Of a stretch of 64,000 nt of DNA, positions 11,823-22,782 are shown piece after piece. The stretch's first letter is position 1; each line of letters opens with the position of its first letter. The stretch is from Prasinococcaceae sp. CCMP 1430 (Eukaryota > Plantae > Prasinodermophyta), in NCBI GenBank assembly GCA_013416795.1, contig RQSC01000028.1:128223-192222 (forward strand). The letters are read 5' to 3'. Made by a program: the position numbers and the translations under genes. The notes under the pieces were generated by a model that had not been told where the DNA came from, searched no databases, and saw nothing but the letters and a program-made list of their open reading frames with translations.

Positions 11823-12704
11823 ATGGGCTGCTTGCTGAGCTGCCTCGGCGAGGGCGCCAGCGGCGACGAGCCCGTGGGGACGACGCACGAGCGCAAGGAG
11901 GAGCGTGTGGTACGCGATTCGCACGCGTGGCCTGACCAGCTTACTCCCGCCGAGCTGCTCGCGCTGGCTAAGGATGTCCTCGCCACAGACTGCGAGTGGC
12001 ACAGCCGCCACGTGACTGCGCGCAACCTCGCGGCGTTGTGTTTGGTCGAATCGAGCGGACGGCCAAAAGCTTGCCGTTACGAGGCGCATCTCGGCGAGTC
12101 ATCGACCGGGCTCACGCAGACGCTACTCTCCACGGGTGCGCGCGCGCAGCGCTCGCTCTGGCTGACGCGCGCATGTGTATCTTCTGAAGCGACGGCCTCT
12201 AACACCCGCGCGCGGCACCGCGCAGTCCGCTGGCAGACGACCGATCTGGGGTACTCAAAATATGGCGTGGGCGAGGCCATCACCGACAAGACGCTCGAGG
12301 ACCCGCGCATCAGCCTGTACTTCGGATGCGCGTATCTCACGTGGCTGTCCAACTACGCGGGCAAGGCGCGGAGCGATGAGTTCACGTATCGCGGCTTCAA
12401 TGGTGGTCCAAACGGCATCAACCTCGACTCCACGGTTCACTACTGGCAGAAGCAGCTGAAGGCGCGGAAGGAGATTGACGCGGCTGCAAAGGGCGGCTCG
12501 GTGCCGGTACCGACGCCGACGTCAGCCCCCGCAAAGGCAGCGCGAGGCGGCGGCGGCCAGCGCACCCACACCGTCCAGGCGGGCGACACTTTCTGGGGCC
12601 TCAGCAAGCGCTATGGTGTCACTGTGGAGGCTTTGCAGGCCGCGAACAAGGAGGTCCAACCTGGCCAGATCGCGGTCGGACAGATCCTGGCGCTGCCGAT
12701 TTGA
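11823..12704 (+). CDS. Lytic transglycosylase (SLT/lysozyme-like) domain plus C-terminal LysM domain
   Basis: Exons 11823-12135 and 12226-12704. SLT motifs ALCLVESSG (catalytic Glu), GLTQ and RGFNGG, plus YFGCAYLTWLSNY as in plant SLT proteins. LysM is HTVQAGDTFWGLSKRYGVTVEALQAAN...IAVGQILALP. N-terminus MGCLLSC. Confidence 0.85.
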   Translation: MGCLLSCLGEGASGDEPVGTTHERKEERVVRDSHAWPDQLTPAELLALAKDVLATDCEWHSRHVTARNLAALCLVESSGRPKACRYEAHLGESSTGLTQTLLSTGARAQRSLWLTRACVSSEATASNTRARHRAVRWQTTDLGYSKYGVGEAITDKTLEDPRISLYFGCAYLTWLSNYAGKARSDEFTYRGFNGGPNGINLDSTVHYWQKQLKARKEIDAAAKGGSVPVPTPTSAPAKAARGGGGQRTHTVQAGDTFWGLSKRYGVTVEALQAANKEVQPGQIAVGQILALPI

Positions 12705-12823
12705 GCGCTCCGCCCCATCCCTGCCCCTCCCACGCGCCTGCGTCTGCCCTGAGGCTGCTGTGGCGCTCCAACGTGCTGCCACCAATGCGCCATGGCACCA
12801 TATGGCACGGGGATATTATTGTT

Positions 12824-14074
12824 CTATGAGCCTGCGACTACCAACCTCTCGAAGACCGCCTGGGCTATGCACGCATAGCCCGCGTCGTTTGGATGGCACT
12901 GGTCACACGCTTGCTCATCGCAGTAGAGCGCGCACGGCGCCCATTCGGAGCTGAGTTGGCAGCTCGGCGGGAAGGACTCGCGCCATCCAGGCGTGCCACC
13001 GAGCGCGCCGAAGACGTCGATAGGCGCCTCGAGACCCGCGCGCGCGGCAACGAGTTCCAAAACGGGCTTGAGCACTGTGTTGATGACAGTCTGGTTCTGC
13101 GAGTGTGCGTGCACACGTGGGGTCAGCACGCCGGGCTCGCGCCGGTGTGGACGCGCGAGCCGAGCGCGCGCGCACCATGCCATACGCCTTTGCCTGCATG
13201 AGCGGCGGTGGAGCGGCGACGAGCACGCGCGGGTTGCCGAGCGCGCTCGCAACGCGCAGGAAGGCCGCATAGTCAATGGCGTAAGAGCAGCCGCCCAGCG
13301 TGGGCGCGCTTGGATCCAGCGCTCCGCCGCAGTCGTGCTGCCAGTTGGCAGGCCCGCCGTCCGCTGCGTCCTTGGCGTCGTTCGTGCCCAGCATTACCAC
13401 CACCGTGTCCCATCGCCCTCGCGCGACGAATGCGTCGAACTCTTGGGTGTCCCAGTAAGGCTTGTCTCCGGTGCGGCTCATGGTCGTGCCGCCGAGGGCG
13501 AACATACTCACTTCGTAGGCGCCTGCACCGACCTTTTCGTCGAGGAGTCTCTGGAGGATTGCGGGGTATGTCGTGTTGCCATGGGGCCCGGCCGAGGAGG
13601 CCATGTAGCCCCCTATCCGCCCAGCACGCCATCCGCCGCGCAGGCGTCAGCTCCTATTCGCACGAGCAGCAGGCGTTGCAGCAGGTGCCGGTGCACGCGC
13701 CCGGCACGACGAGCGCACGCATGCGGGTGTGGGCGAGCGCGCACTTTCGCGGCGAGGCCGTCGCCAGCGGGGGGCGCCGGCGCGCAACCCTTGACGCGGC
13801 GGCGCAGCGCACATGTGATGCTGTCGCCGACGCACGCCACTTGGATTGGGGTCGATTCCAAAGACGACGACGACGACGAGAGCGCGCTCGCCGCCAACGA
13901 CATGCCGTCAGCGACAGCGCGGCGCGCTCGTGCCACCGCGGCTGGTCGCGCGCGCACGAGCGTGAACGCGAGCGCAAGCGTGAGCGCGAGCGCGAGCGCC
14001 AGGTTGCGCTCGCGAGCGCTCGCGTGCGGGTGTGGGTGCGGCGGCGCGTCCGAGGCCTTTCGCCGCCGCCCCAT
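12824..14074 (-). CDS. SGNH/GDSL-family hydrolase (acetylesterase-like) with N-terminal hydrophobic anchor
   Basis: Exons 14074-13812, 13612-13176, 13096-12824. Spliced blocks are VACVGDSIT|WG (block I), GGTT (II), MLGTNDAK (III) and DQCHPNDAGY (V). Confidence 0.88.
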
Positions 14075-14210
14075 CGCGCCCGCGCGCCGCCGGTCGCTTG
14101 TGTTGTGGCGCCTCGCCCGGCTACGTGCGCCTGTATGGGACATCAAGGGCAGCGGCGTTTTGAGTGCTGGCCGTTACGAAATGATCAAGCCGAATATTAC
14201 CGAGGCGGAG

Positions 14211-16449
14211 CTAGCCAGCTCGCGCCCCGTCTTGGTCTTCGCCGTCGTCCCTTGATAGGTTGTCGAGCATAGCCGCGTCGCGTTCGATCTGCTCGCGCTG
14301 CTCCGAACCCGCGGGCGCCGCCCGCGCGGCGGCGGCGTACGCAGCACGTGCGTCGGCATAGCGCTTCAGGTGTGCGAGCGCTGCAGCCGCGCGGCACGCA
14401 AGCCGTGCGGCCTGCTGACCTCGACCAGTAGCGGCAAGCGCGGCAGCATCCTCACCGAGGACGCCGAGCGTCTCGTTATCGATGGTAACCTCCGTGGCGA
14501 CAAGTGCAGCGTTGGCCGTGCACGATGCGAGAGCGCGCAGCGCCTTGCAGCAGTCGGCAACGCTCTCGGCGAAGCGGCTGCTCTTGAGACGGGCGATGGC
14601 ACGATTGGCGAGGCAGGCCGCCACGAGCGCTAGCGAGTCCTCATCCACATCGCCAGCCTTCCCTGCCGCGAGCGCGCAAGCCGCGGCGTGTGTGTACGCG
14701 TCTACAGCACCTGAATGGTCGCCGCGTCGCATGCGGATATCGCCACGCGCCTTGAGCTCCGCCGGTCCAGGCGGCGGTCCTGCAGCCGCCTCGACCTCCT
14801 CGAGTGCGGCACTGAGCTGCTCGCGAGCGCCCTCGGGCGCATGCGCTAGTGCCTTGCGGTAGTCGTCCGCGGCTTCTGCCAGCGACTCAGCGTCACCATC
14901 GGCGAGGTTGGCGCGGCCGGCACCACGCCGCGCGTACAGGCGCGAGAGCGTCGCGCGCGCCGCCGCGCCGGCCTCCGTGGCAGCGTCTAGGCCATGCGCC
15001 GCCAGTGCCTCCGCCTCCGCCTCGGCGGCCTCGGCGAGCTCCGCGATGCCGCGCGACGCTGCCTCCACCGCCTGAAAGCTGTCACCCGCCTTCAGGTTGG
15101 CTGCGGCCAGGTTGGCCAGCAAGGCACCCTTGAGCTGCAATTCGTCGCGGCTCGAGAAGTTGTCGATCGCCTGCTCGTAGGCAGCGATGGCGCCCTGCAG
15201 ATTGCCCGCGCGAAAGAACTCGTCCGCTTTGTCCTTGAGGAAAACGGGCTCCCGCTCGGCCGCGCCGAGACCACCCGCGCCGCCCGCGCTCCCGTCGGGG
15301 AGCTCGACTGGCCGGTCGCGTGCGGGCAAGAAGCCGCCCGCGGGGCCCGCCTGCTTCTCGGCGAATCGCACCGTCGTGCGTATGACGTTGCGCGTTGGTG
15401 GTGGTGCGCACTCGGGCTCCGGGTTCGGGTCGAGCTCCAGGTCGACCAGGGTCTCCACCGCCGCTGTCACAGCGGGACGCCCATCCTCGCCATCCGACTC
15501 GCTGCCATAGTCGATCGATCCCGGCTCGCCGAGCTGCAAGCCACCGAGCTGGCGCGGCAGGGATGTACCCTGCTGTTTCTGCTGCTGCTGCTGCTGCTGC
15601 TGCCCTTGCGCTCGCGCCTGCGTGGGCTTGGACGCCTCTAGCGACTTCAGCGCTCTCGCAGCGTCGCCCAAATCAGCGTCCTCCTCGCCATCGCTGTCAT
15701 CGCTCGCAATATCCACCAAAGAATGGCGGTCCGCGCGTGGCTTGCGCGGCTCCGTCGTCGCCTTCGCAGGCCACTGCTGCTGCGTCGCCTGCTGCTGCTC
15801 CGATAGCCCCATCACGCGCTCGCGCTCCCGCGCCAGCTCGTCAGCCTTTCTGCGTTCGATCTCCTTCCTGCGCGCTTCCTCCATGTCCATCTGTCTTTTC
15901 AGGTCGTCTTTCTTGAGCTTGGCGCGCGCCGCTCGTCGCATCTCATCGGCGGCGCGCGTGGCCGCTCTCGCCGTCTCGATGCTTGCCGTACGTCGCGCGA
16001 GGATCGCCGCCTGGGGTGGCGTCGACCGCAGTGGGGGCGGCACGTGTGCGCGGCAACAGATGCCAGTGGGGTCGCGCGGTGTCAGCATGGAAGCACGAGC
16101 ACGGACCTCTCATGGGCCCGCCCGGCATCACATACGCGGAATCGCGGCCGCGCTATACCTTGTCGCCCGTCGCGCGTAGCGCCCCCCACTCCTCTCCGCT
16201 GACCGCCTTGCGCAGGTAGAGGGTGAGCGCGCCTGTCTCGCCGTCCTCGCCAAAGACGGCCTTGGATGCGTCCGCGTCGATTTCACCCTTGAGATCGATA
16301 GCGAGCACGTGCGAGGGTGGCACGTTCACCTTGGCAAACGCCGACGCGAGCTCAATCGACGTCGTCCTCGCCACGCAGCCCGCGCATCGCACACGCACGA
16401 CCACCGTGTCGTTGTCCTCCTCCCACTCGTGCTGCGGCGCGAGCGGCAT
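14211..16449 (-). CDS. DNAAF4: Dynein axonemal assembly factor 4 (DYX1C1-like; CS domain, coiled coil, TPRs)
   Basis: Exon 16449-16159 encodes a CS domain (MPLAPQHEWEEDNDTVVVRV...VNVPPSHVLAIDL). Intron 16158-16011 follows, then a charged coiled coil and TPRs (FLKDKADEFFRAGNLQGAIAAYEQAI, CLANRAIARLK). Confidence 0.8.
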
Positions 16450-16885
16450 GACGAGCGGCGGCGCAGGGGGACGCGATCCTTCCCCCCTCCCCGAAAACCC
16501 TGCCCCCGGCGACGGCCTCGCCTGACACCCCTCCCGCGCGCTCCGCGCGGCGGGCGCGCGCCGTGTGGGCGCCCTGGCCAAGGGGAGCCGCTCGCGCCGC
16601 TCGCGGGTGCGCCGCCGCCGGTCAACGGTTCCCCGAGGCGCTCGCGCGCTCGCGCTTGCGCCCATGCCCTCGCGGGTGGTTCGAATAAGGGTTTACATAC
16701 TATATAAAATGACAATTCCTTCTCAGTCGAATCCGACATTAAACCTTAAAAACTTCCCTTGCCAATGTCGCAGGTGTGAGCGCACTTGTGACCATCAGGA
16801 TGGTACGTCAAAATTCAATGCATCAGGTTCCGGTTCGCGCGACGTCAGCCCCACAACCTAAAAAGAATAATGTTTGGCGACACAC

Positions 16886-16964
16886 AACAGTTGAAAAAGC
16901 TGAAACTATTAATTATCGAACACATAAACCTGTTAAAAATGGTCTTTTTTGTGAACGTATTTTT
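16886..16964 (+). pseudogene. rpoC1: Plastid-type rpoC1 (RNA polymerase beta') micro-fragment, nuclear plastid DNA (NUPT)
   Basis: Translates to TVEKAETINYRTHKPVKNGLFCERIF, matching the beta' motif ETINYRTxKPxxDGLFCERIFGP. All codons end in A/T inside an otherwise very GC-rich chromosome. Confidence 0.8.
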
Positions 16965-16965
16965 T

Positions 16966-19230
16966 CCCGCCGCGGTCGAGCGACCCCCCCCGAGCCCGCC
17001 CGCCGCCGCGCTCGCGCTGTAGCCGCAGCCCCCCTTGCGCTCGGCGCGCAATGCGCCCTCCTCGCACCCCGCCCCGAGCACCTCGCAGATGAGCTCCTCC
17101 GTGTGCAAGCCCGACACGAGCCTCAGCCGCCCGTGGCCCACGTCCTCGGTGACGCCCATGACCAGCGGCGCGAGCTCCTCCCCGAACACCTCCTCCACGA
17201 GCTCCTCCGTGATGAAGGGCTCGCACAGTCGATCGAAGTCCCACACGCCCTGCGCCTCGAGCTCGTCCCTCCACAGGGGCACGCTGGGCCTGAACCTGCC
17301 CAGCAGCCCGGTGGTGGTGCCCTCGGGCATCTCCCAGATGCGGAAGAAACCCAGTATGTGGTCGATGCGGTACGCGCTGAAGTACTGCGAGAGCCCGGCG
17401 AGGCGCCTTCGCCACCACGCGTAGCCGTCGCGCGACATGGCCTCCCAGTTGTACGTGGGGAAGCCCCAGTTCTGGCCGTTGGGCTGGCGGTCGCGAGCGC
17501 GCGCGCGCGCGTGGGTGCGCGCGGGAGGAGGAGCGCGCCGGCGCGCGCGTCAGAGGGGAGCCGTCGCGATCGAGCGCTCCCTCGCCGCGGGCGGGGCGCG
17601 CGCGCGGCGCGGCGCGGGCGGCGCGCGAGCCACTCACGTCGAAGGCGTCGGGGGGCGCGCCCGTGCGTTTGTCCATCCTAAAGAGCTCCGGGTGCACCCA
17701 CGTGTCCACCGAGCCCTTGTCCACGCCGATCGGGAGGTCCCCCTTGAGCACCACCCGGCGCGAGGTGGCGTACCGAGCGGCCGCGCCGAGCTGCAGGTGC
17801 AGCTGCCACTGCAGCCAGCGCCAGAACGAGGCCTCGCGGGCCACAGGGGAGGGCTCGAGCGGAGCCCCCTCGCCGCCGGCGCCACCGGCGCGCGGGTGCA
17901 GCGCCGCCATCGCGCGCAGCCTGTCCATGGTGGGCGCCGCGAGGTCCCCCCATCGCCAGTGCTCGGCGTGTCCGAAGGTGTCGCGCAGCGCGCAAAACAC
18001 CGAGTATGGCAGCAGCCACTCCTCCTGCGCGCTCTCCCACTCGAGGAACGCCGCGCAAAGCAGCGCGTCGTCGCCGGCGCGGCGGAAGACCTCCCGCGCT
18101 ATGCGCAGCTTCGCGCTCAGGGTCGCCTGGTAGTCCACCTGCGGCAGGCCGTTGAGGCGCGTGCGCGCCTCGGCCGCCATGGCGGCGACGTCGGCCGGGA
18201 GCGGCAGCGCCGGCGGCGAGCTCGCCGGCGCGTCGGTGCTCGCCCGCCTCTCGGCGCTTTCGTCGGCGCTGCCGGCCTGGACGGCTCCGCCCTGGCCCGC
18301 GCCGGCGCCGGTGCCCGCGTCCCGCCCCCTCCCGGGCCCCACGAGCTCCTCCACCCGGAGGTACATCGGGTGCAGCGCGAACACGCTCAGGCTCGAGTAC
18401 GGGTACGAGTCCCACCACGTGCCGTGGACGCACGTGTCGTTCACGGGCAGCAGCTGGATCATGCGCAGTCCCGCGGCGGCGGCCACGTCGACCAGCAGGC
18501 GCAGGTCGGCGAACTCGCCGCAGCCCAGCGAGGACGCGCTGCGCAGGGCGAACACGGGCGAGGCGACGCCCGCGCCGCGCCAGGGGAGGGCGCGCCGCAC
18601 GTGGCCGCCGTCGCACGCGATGGCGCTCGGGATCTCGAGCGGCTGGGCGCGGCGGCCCCCGTCCGCGCCGGCGCCGCCGTCATCGCCATCGTCGTCCCCC
18701 TCCGCGTCGTCGTCGCTCGCGCCGATCCACAGCACGCGCGCCTCGCCGTCCTCGAAGCGCACGCGCGCGTCGGCGGCGCCGGTGACGCCCTCCTCTGAGC
18801 TCGCGGCGTCGGCACCGCCGCCGCCGCCGCCGCCGCTGCGCGCGGGCGCGTCCTCGAGGACGGCGAACCTGTACGTGATGGGCCTGGACAGCTCCTCGCG
18901 CGGGAGCTCGCACTCGAGCGTCCACACGGAGCGCTCGCCCTCGCGCATGCGCGCTGCGCGCCGCGCGTTGCCGCCGCCCAGCGCGCTGGCGGAGCCCACC
19001 ACTACCACGAGCTCCCCAGGGCGCAGGTGATCGCAGCGCACGTCGAAGCGCACTCGCACCGCGGCGGGGGGGGCCGCCAGGCCGGGCTGCAGCTGTTTGG
19101 AGGGTGCGCCGCTCAGGCCGGCGCTCACGCCGACGGGCAGGCCTTGTTGCGAGCGAGCCTCCGATTTGGTGGCGGCCGCCGCCGTTTCGCCGTCGTCGGC
19201 CGCGTCGCCGTGGCCCCGGTCCTCGGCGCG
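16966..19230 (-). pseudogene. DPE2: 4-alpha-glucanotransferase DPE2 (GH77, CBM20), internal fragment lacking start and C-terminal catalytic part
   Basis: One CBM20, then PWRGAGVASPVFALRS, IQLLPVNDT...WWDSYPYSSLSVFALHP, VVLKGDLPIGV, GAPPDAFD|PNGQNWGFPTYNW (intron 17637-17484) and YRIDHILGFFRIWE. The frame then runs into the rpoC1 fragment. Confidence 0.85.
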
Positions 19231-21738
19231 GCGCGCGAGGAGCGGCTCGTCCAGGCGGCCGCGGCGGGAGATGCTGCCGCGCTCGCAGCAGAAATTCGTG
19301 GCGGAGGCGATGGGGGCATCGAGGCGGCCGCGGAGGTCGTGCGCGCGCGCAACGCCCAAGGCGTGCCCATGCTCGCACTCGCTGCGGCGAAGGGCCACGT
19401 CGCTGTCGTCAGAATGCTCCTAAGCGGAGAGGTTCCGCACGACGTTGCCGTGCGATTGCCCTCCGCGTTGCTGAGCAACAGTGAGGGAGAGACCGACAGT
19501 GCGAGCGGCAGCGAAGACGGCAGTGGCAGCGAGAGTGACGGCCCTGGCGTAGGCATCGATGGGGAAAGCGGCGGCGACAGCCGCGAAATTGGCACCGTCC
19601 TCGGTGGCGCACGTCCGACCGAGGTGACACCGCCTTCGTCTAGGCGTGCAACACCGCTGGTGCGCAGTGCAACGCCCGGTGTGTTGTCTGGCGCACCGCG
19701 GAGCGCAAAAAAGTCGCTCCACTTCAGCCACGAAGGCGATGCGCAGCCGCCGCGGCGACCGCCCGCGGCGCGGCGCGTCCCAGACATCACCGCGGAGGAG
19801 GAGCGCCAAATTGTCCTGATCCAGTCGGCAGCTCGGCGCCGGCTCGCCCAGCGCCGCACATTAGCGCTCAAGTCCGACCGCGCCAAAGCCAGTGCGGCTG
19901 ACATCCTGCCCGCCTACGTCGAGCTGCCTGCGACGCTCACCAACGCGGTGCCCAACGGGCTCCTGCTCACCGCAGAGGAGGAGGAGCAGGTCGTGCGCAT
20001 CCAGGCTTTGGTACGTGGGAGGCGCGCACGCAGAGGTATGCGCGCAACCGAGCCGCCCAAGCAGACCACGCGATCGCCATACAATACGCCCAAGGCTTCG
20101 CCGCACGCCACGCCGCAGAAGCCAGTCCGCAGTGGCGCACAAGGCAAGGTTCCCGGCGGGACACCCGCTGCATCGCCGCTCAAGCCAGCGCAGGGGCAGA
20201 CTCGGGCAAACGCGGGCGGAAAGTTGCCACACAAAACCCCTCAGGCCTCGCCTCTCAAACAGCAGCAGCCAGATCAGGAACACCACATGGTCTCCAGTCC
20301 ATCGCCTCAATCGACTACGTCACGGGCCGAGGAGGCGGCAGCGCTAAGGGCCTCGATCTCGGCACCGAAGCCTCCGGCGGCGACGCATGTAGGGGAGGCG
20401 GCGTCCACGCCAGAGAAGTGGGCGCTGCACGTGGCGTACCACAGGCAAAAAAGGGGCAAACTCCCAGCAGCTGAAGTCAAGCGCCGCCGCGATGTCCGTG
20501 CGGCCGAAGAGGTTGCACAGAAGAGGCTGCACCGCGCACGCCGCCGAGCGGCTGCGGCCGCGCGCCGCCGCGAGGCCGCCGCCCGCATCGCGGCTCGACT
20601 GCTGGCAGAGTGCGCACCCTCGGGCGCCACAGCGCTGCACGTTGCGGCAGGGGCGGGACAGACAGAGTGTGTGCAGGAGCTCGTGAACGCCGGCGCGCAC
20701 GTCGCCGCAAAGATGAATGTCGGCGCGACACCCGCCTTTATGGCTCTCGTGAACGGCCGTGCGGAGTGCGCATCCCTGCTGCTCGCGGCCGAGCGTGACA
20801 CGGGCGCCCCCGCTGCAGCGACCACCCGCTCACGTGAGACGCTTCTGCACGCAGCCGCGCGGAGCGGCAACGCAGAGTGTGTCGCGCTGGCGGTGGCGCA
20901 TCTCAGCTCGGCGTCTGGTAGTGCGAGCACGGGCGGGGGCAACGCGAACACGGACGTGTACGCGCTGCGTGATGCCAAGGGCAACTTGCCATTGCATCAC
21001 GCCGCTCGTGCGCGGACGAGCGGCGCACTGGAGGCACTCCTCGAGCGACAGGCAGCGGCGAAGGGCACCGGCCGCGACAGTGGCTCCATCGGCGACGCAG
21101 GCACGCGCTCTTTCGCCCGCAAGCCAGTGGCGCTGCTGCAGTCGTCCACGCGTGCGGCGCTCGATGACGATTTGGGCACGCACGAGGTCACCAAGACCAA
21201 GCCCATCGATGTGGCAGTCCCTGGCCAGCTGACCACGCCTCTGATGGTGGCGGCGGCGGCCAACAGCGATGTTTGCGCGCGCGTTCTGCTCGAACGCGGC
21301 GCATCGCTTGAGGCGCGTGACGCGCGTGGGCGAACAGCGCTCGCACACGCCGCAGGGAGCGGAGCGCACACGTGCCTGCTGGCGCTGCTTGCAGCAGGTG
21401 CCAATGCCGAGGTGCGGGACGAAAGCGCGTGGACGCCCCTGATGCATGCAGCAAGCGGCGGCCACGACGCGTGCGTGCGCGCGCTCCTGAGCGGCGCCGA
21501 CGGAGGCGTTGACGTCAACGCCGAAGACTTGGACGGCATGCTGGCTATCCACCTGGCGGCGCGCGAGGGCAAGGCGCGCGCCGCCGTGTCGCTCGCGCAG
21601 GCCGGTGGATGCCTGCTCGCGCGAGACGCGAAGTACCGCCTGTCTGCACGCGAATGGGCAGAGCGCGGCGGTCACTGGAAGTGCGCCGAAGTGCTCAAGC
21701 TCGCTGCGCGTGAGCGCTGGCTGCAGATGCCGCTGTGA
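19230..21738 (+). CDS. Ankyrin-repeat protein with two IQ motifs; start codon not identified
   Basis: ANK repeats (ATALHVAAGAGQTECVQELVNAGA, TTPLMVAAAANSDVCARVLLERGA, WTPLMHAASGGHDACVRALL) and IQ motifs IQSAARRRLAQRR and IQALVRGRRARR. Confidence 0.85.
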
Positions 21739-22068
21739 GCACCCACGCATGCCTTGGTTGTTGGCGGCTTGATCTCTAAAGCGCGCGCTGCTCGCGAACC
21801 ATAACATCGCAGAGGACACGTGTTCCGCCATTCGGCTGTGGCAGTTGTCTCCGTGCGTTCGGGATCGGGGCTCAAATTACATGGGGTTTAGGGGATAGGG
21901 ACGCATGTGTGGGCGGCACACGTCGGCTCGGACAGGGCTGTCTCCGTCTCCCCTGACGGGCGCGCCGCGCTGCCCAGCCGTCCGAAGCCGCGCCGTGTGC
22001 GCGCGCCTCCCTGAAAGGCGCACTGCGGCCGATTGATTGCTTAGCTGCTGCCGCGACATTCGCGCGCT

Positions 22069-22782
22069 TTAGTAGTCCGCGATGATGATCGTCTGCTTGG
22101 AGAGCAGCTCAATGTCGCGCTCGAGCTGCGTAAGCTGGTCTTCGTACTTCTGCTTGCGCGCCTTCATGGAGGGCGTGTCCATCGTGAAGGGCATCTTCTG
22201 GTACATCTCGTTGACGCTCGCCCACTTCTGCTTCAGCTGGCGCAGCAGGTCCTGCCGCTCGTCCTCTGGCATCACAGTCATGCTGCCCTGCTGCGTGGCG
22301 TGCGCCGCCTGCGTGGCGGCAATGGTCGCCGCGATCTGCTCCTTCTCCTCGGCTATCTGCTGCTTGACGTTTGCGAGGTACTTGGGCACTTTTCCGTAAC
22401 CGCTTCGCTTGGCGTACTGCACGGGGTCCTCGCGCGTCTTCTTGGCCTCGCTGAGGATGGTCTCGATGGCGTTGGCCGTAACGAAGTTCTTGCTGCTCTG
22501 CAGGCCCATCAGCGGCTTCTCCGTGCGCGAGGGCACCGCAGGCTTCACCTTGACCTTGGGATTGCTCACTGCTGTCGGCTCGGGCAACATCGGCTCACCA
22601 ACGTGCGACCTGAGGAAGTTTTGCGGGGAGGGCTTGTTCATACCCTTGGCCTTGCCGAAAGTCTTGTGCAAGGCCGAGGGGCTCAGCACCTCGCCGGGGT
22701 GCTTTGATGTGTACATAAGCGGCTTGGGCGGCACATGGACGGCCGGGGCGATCAAGTTGTGCACATTCTCCCCAGAGTCCAT
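22069..22782 (-). CDS. ENKUR: Enkurin (axonemal inner protein, FAP106-like)
   Basis: ENVHNLI...MYTSKHP, KNFVTANAIETIL, YGKVPKYLANVK and EDERQDLLRQLKQKWASVNEMYQKMPFTMDTPSMKARKQKYEDQLTQLERDIELL (enkurin domain). Single exon. Confidence 0.88.
   Translation of the reverse strand: MDSGENVHNLIAPAVHVPPKPLMYTSKHPGEVLSPSALHKTFGKAKGMNKPSPQNFLRSHVGEPMLPEPTAVSNPKVKVKPAVPSRTEKPLMGLQSSKNFVTANAIETILSEAKKTREDPVQYAKRSGYGKVPKYLANVKQQIAEEKEQIAATIAATQAAHATQQGSMTVMPEDERQDLLRQLKQKWASVNEMYQKMPFTMDTPSMKARKQKYEDQLTQLERDIELLSKQTIIIADY

Noticed and set aside
16676-16690. GGTTCGAAT, a tRNA T-loop / B-box-like word
   Set aside because: No T-stem, acceptor stem or anticodon arm can be folded around it.
17135-17160. TEDVG in DPE2 as a possible catalytic EDLG motif
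   Set aside because: It lies within the DPE2-specific insertion by alignment, and the downstream QRMP, HD and WRYR motifs are still absent.
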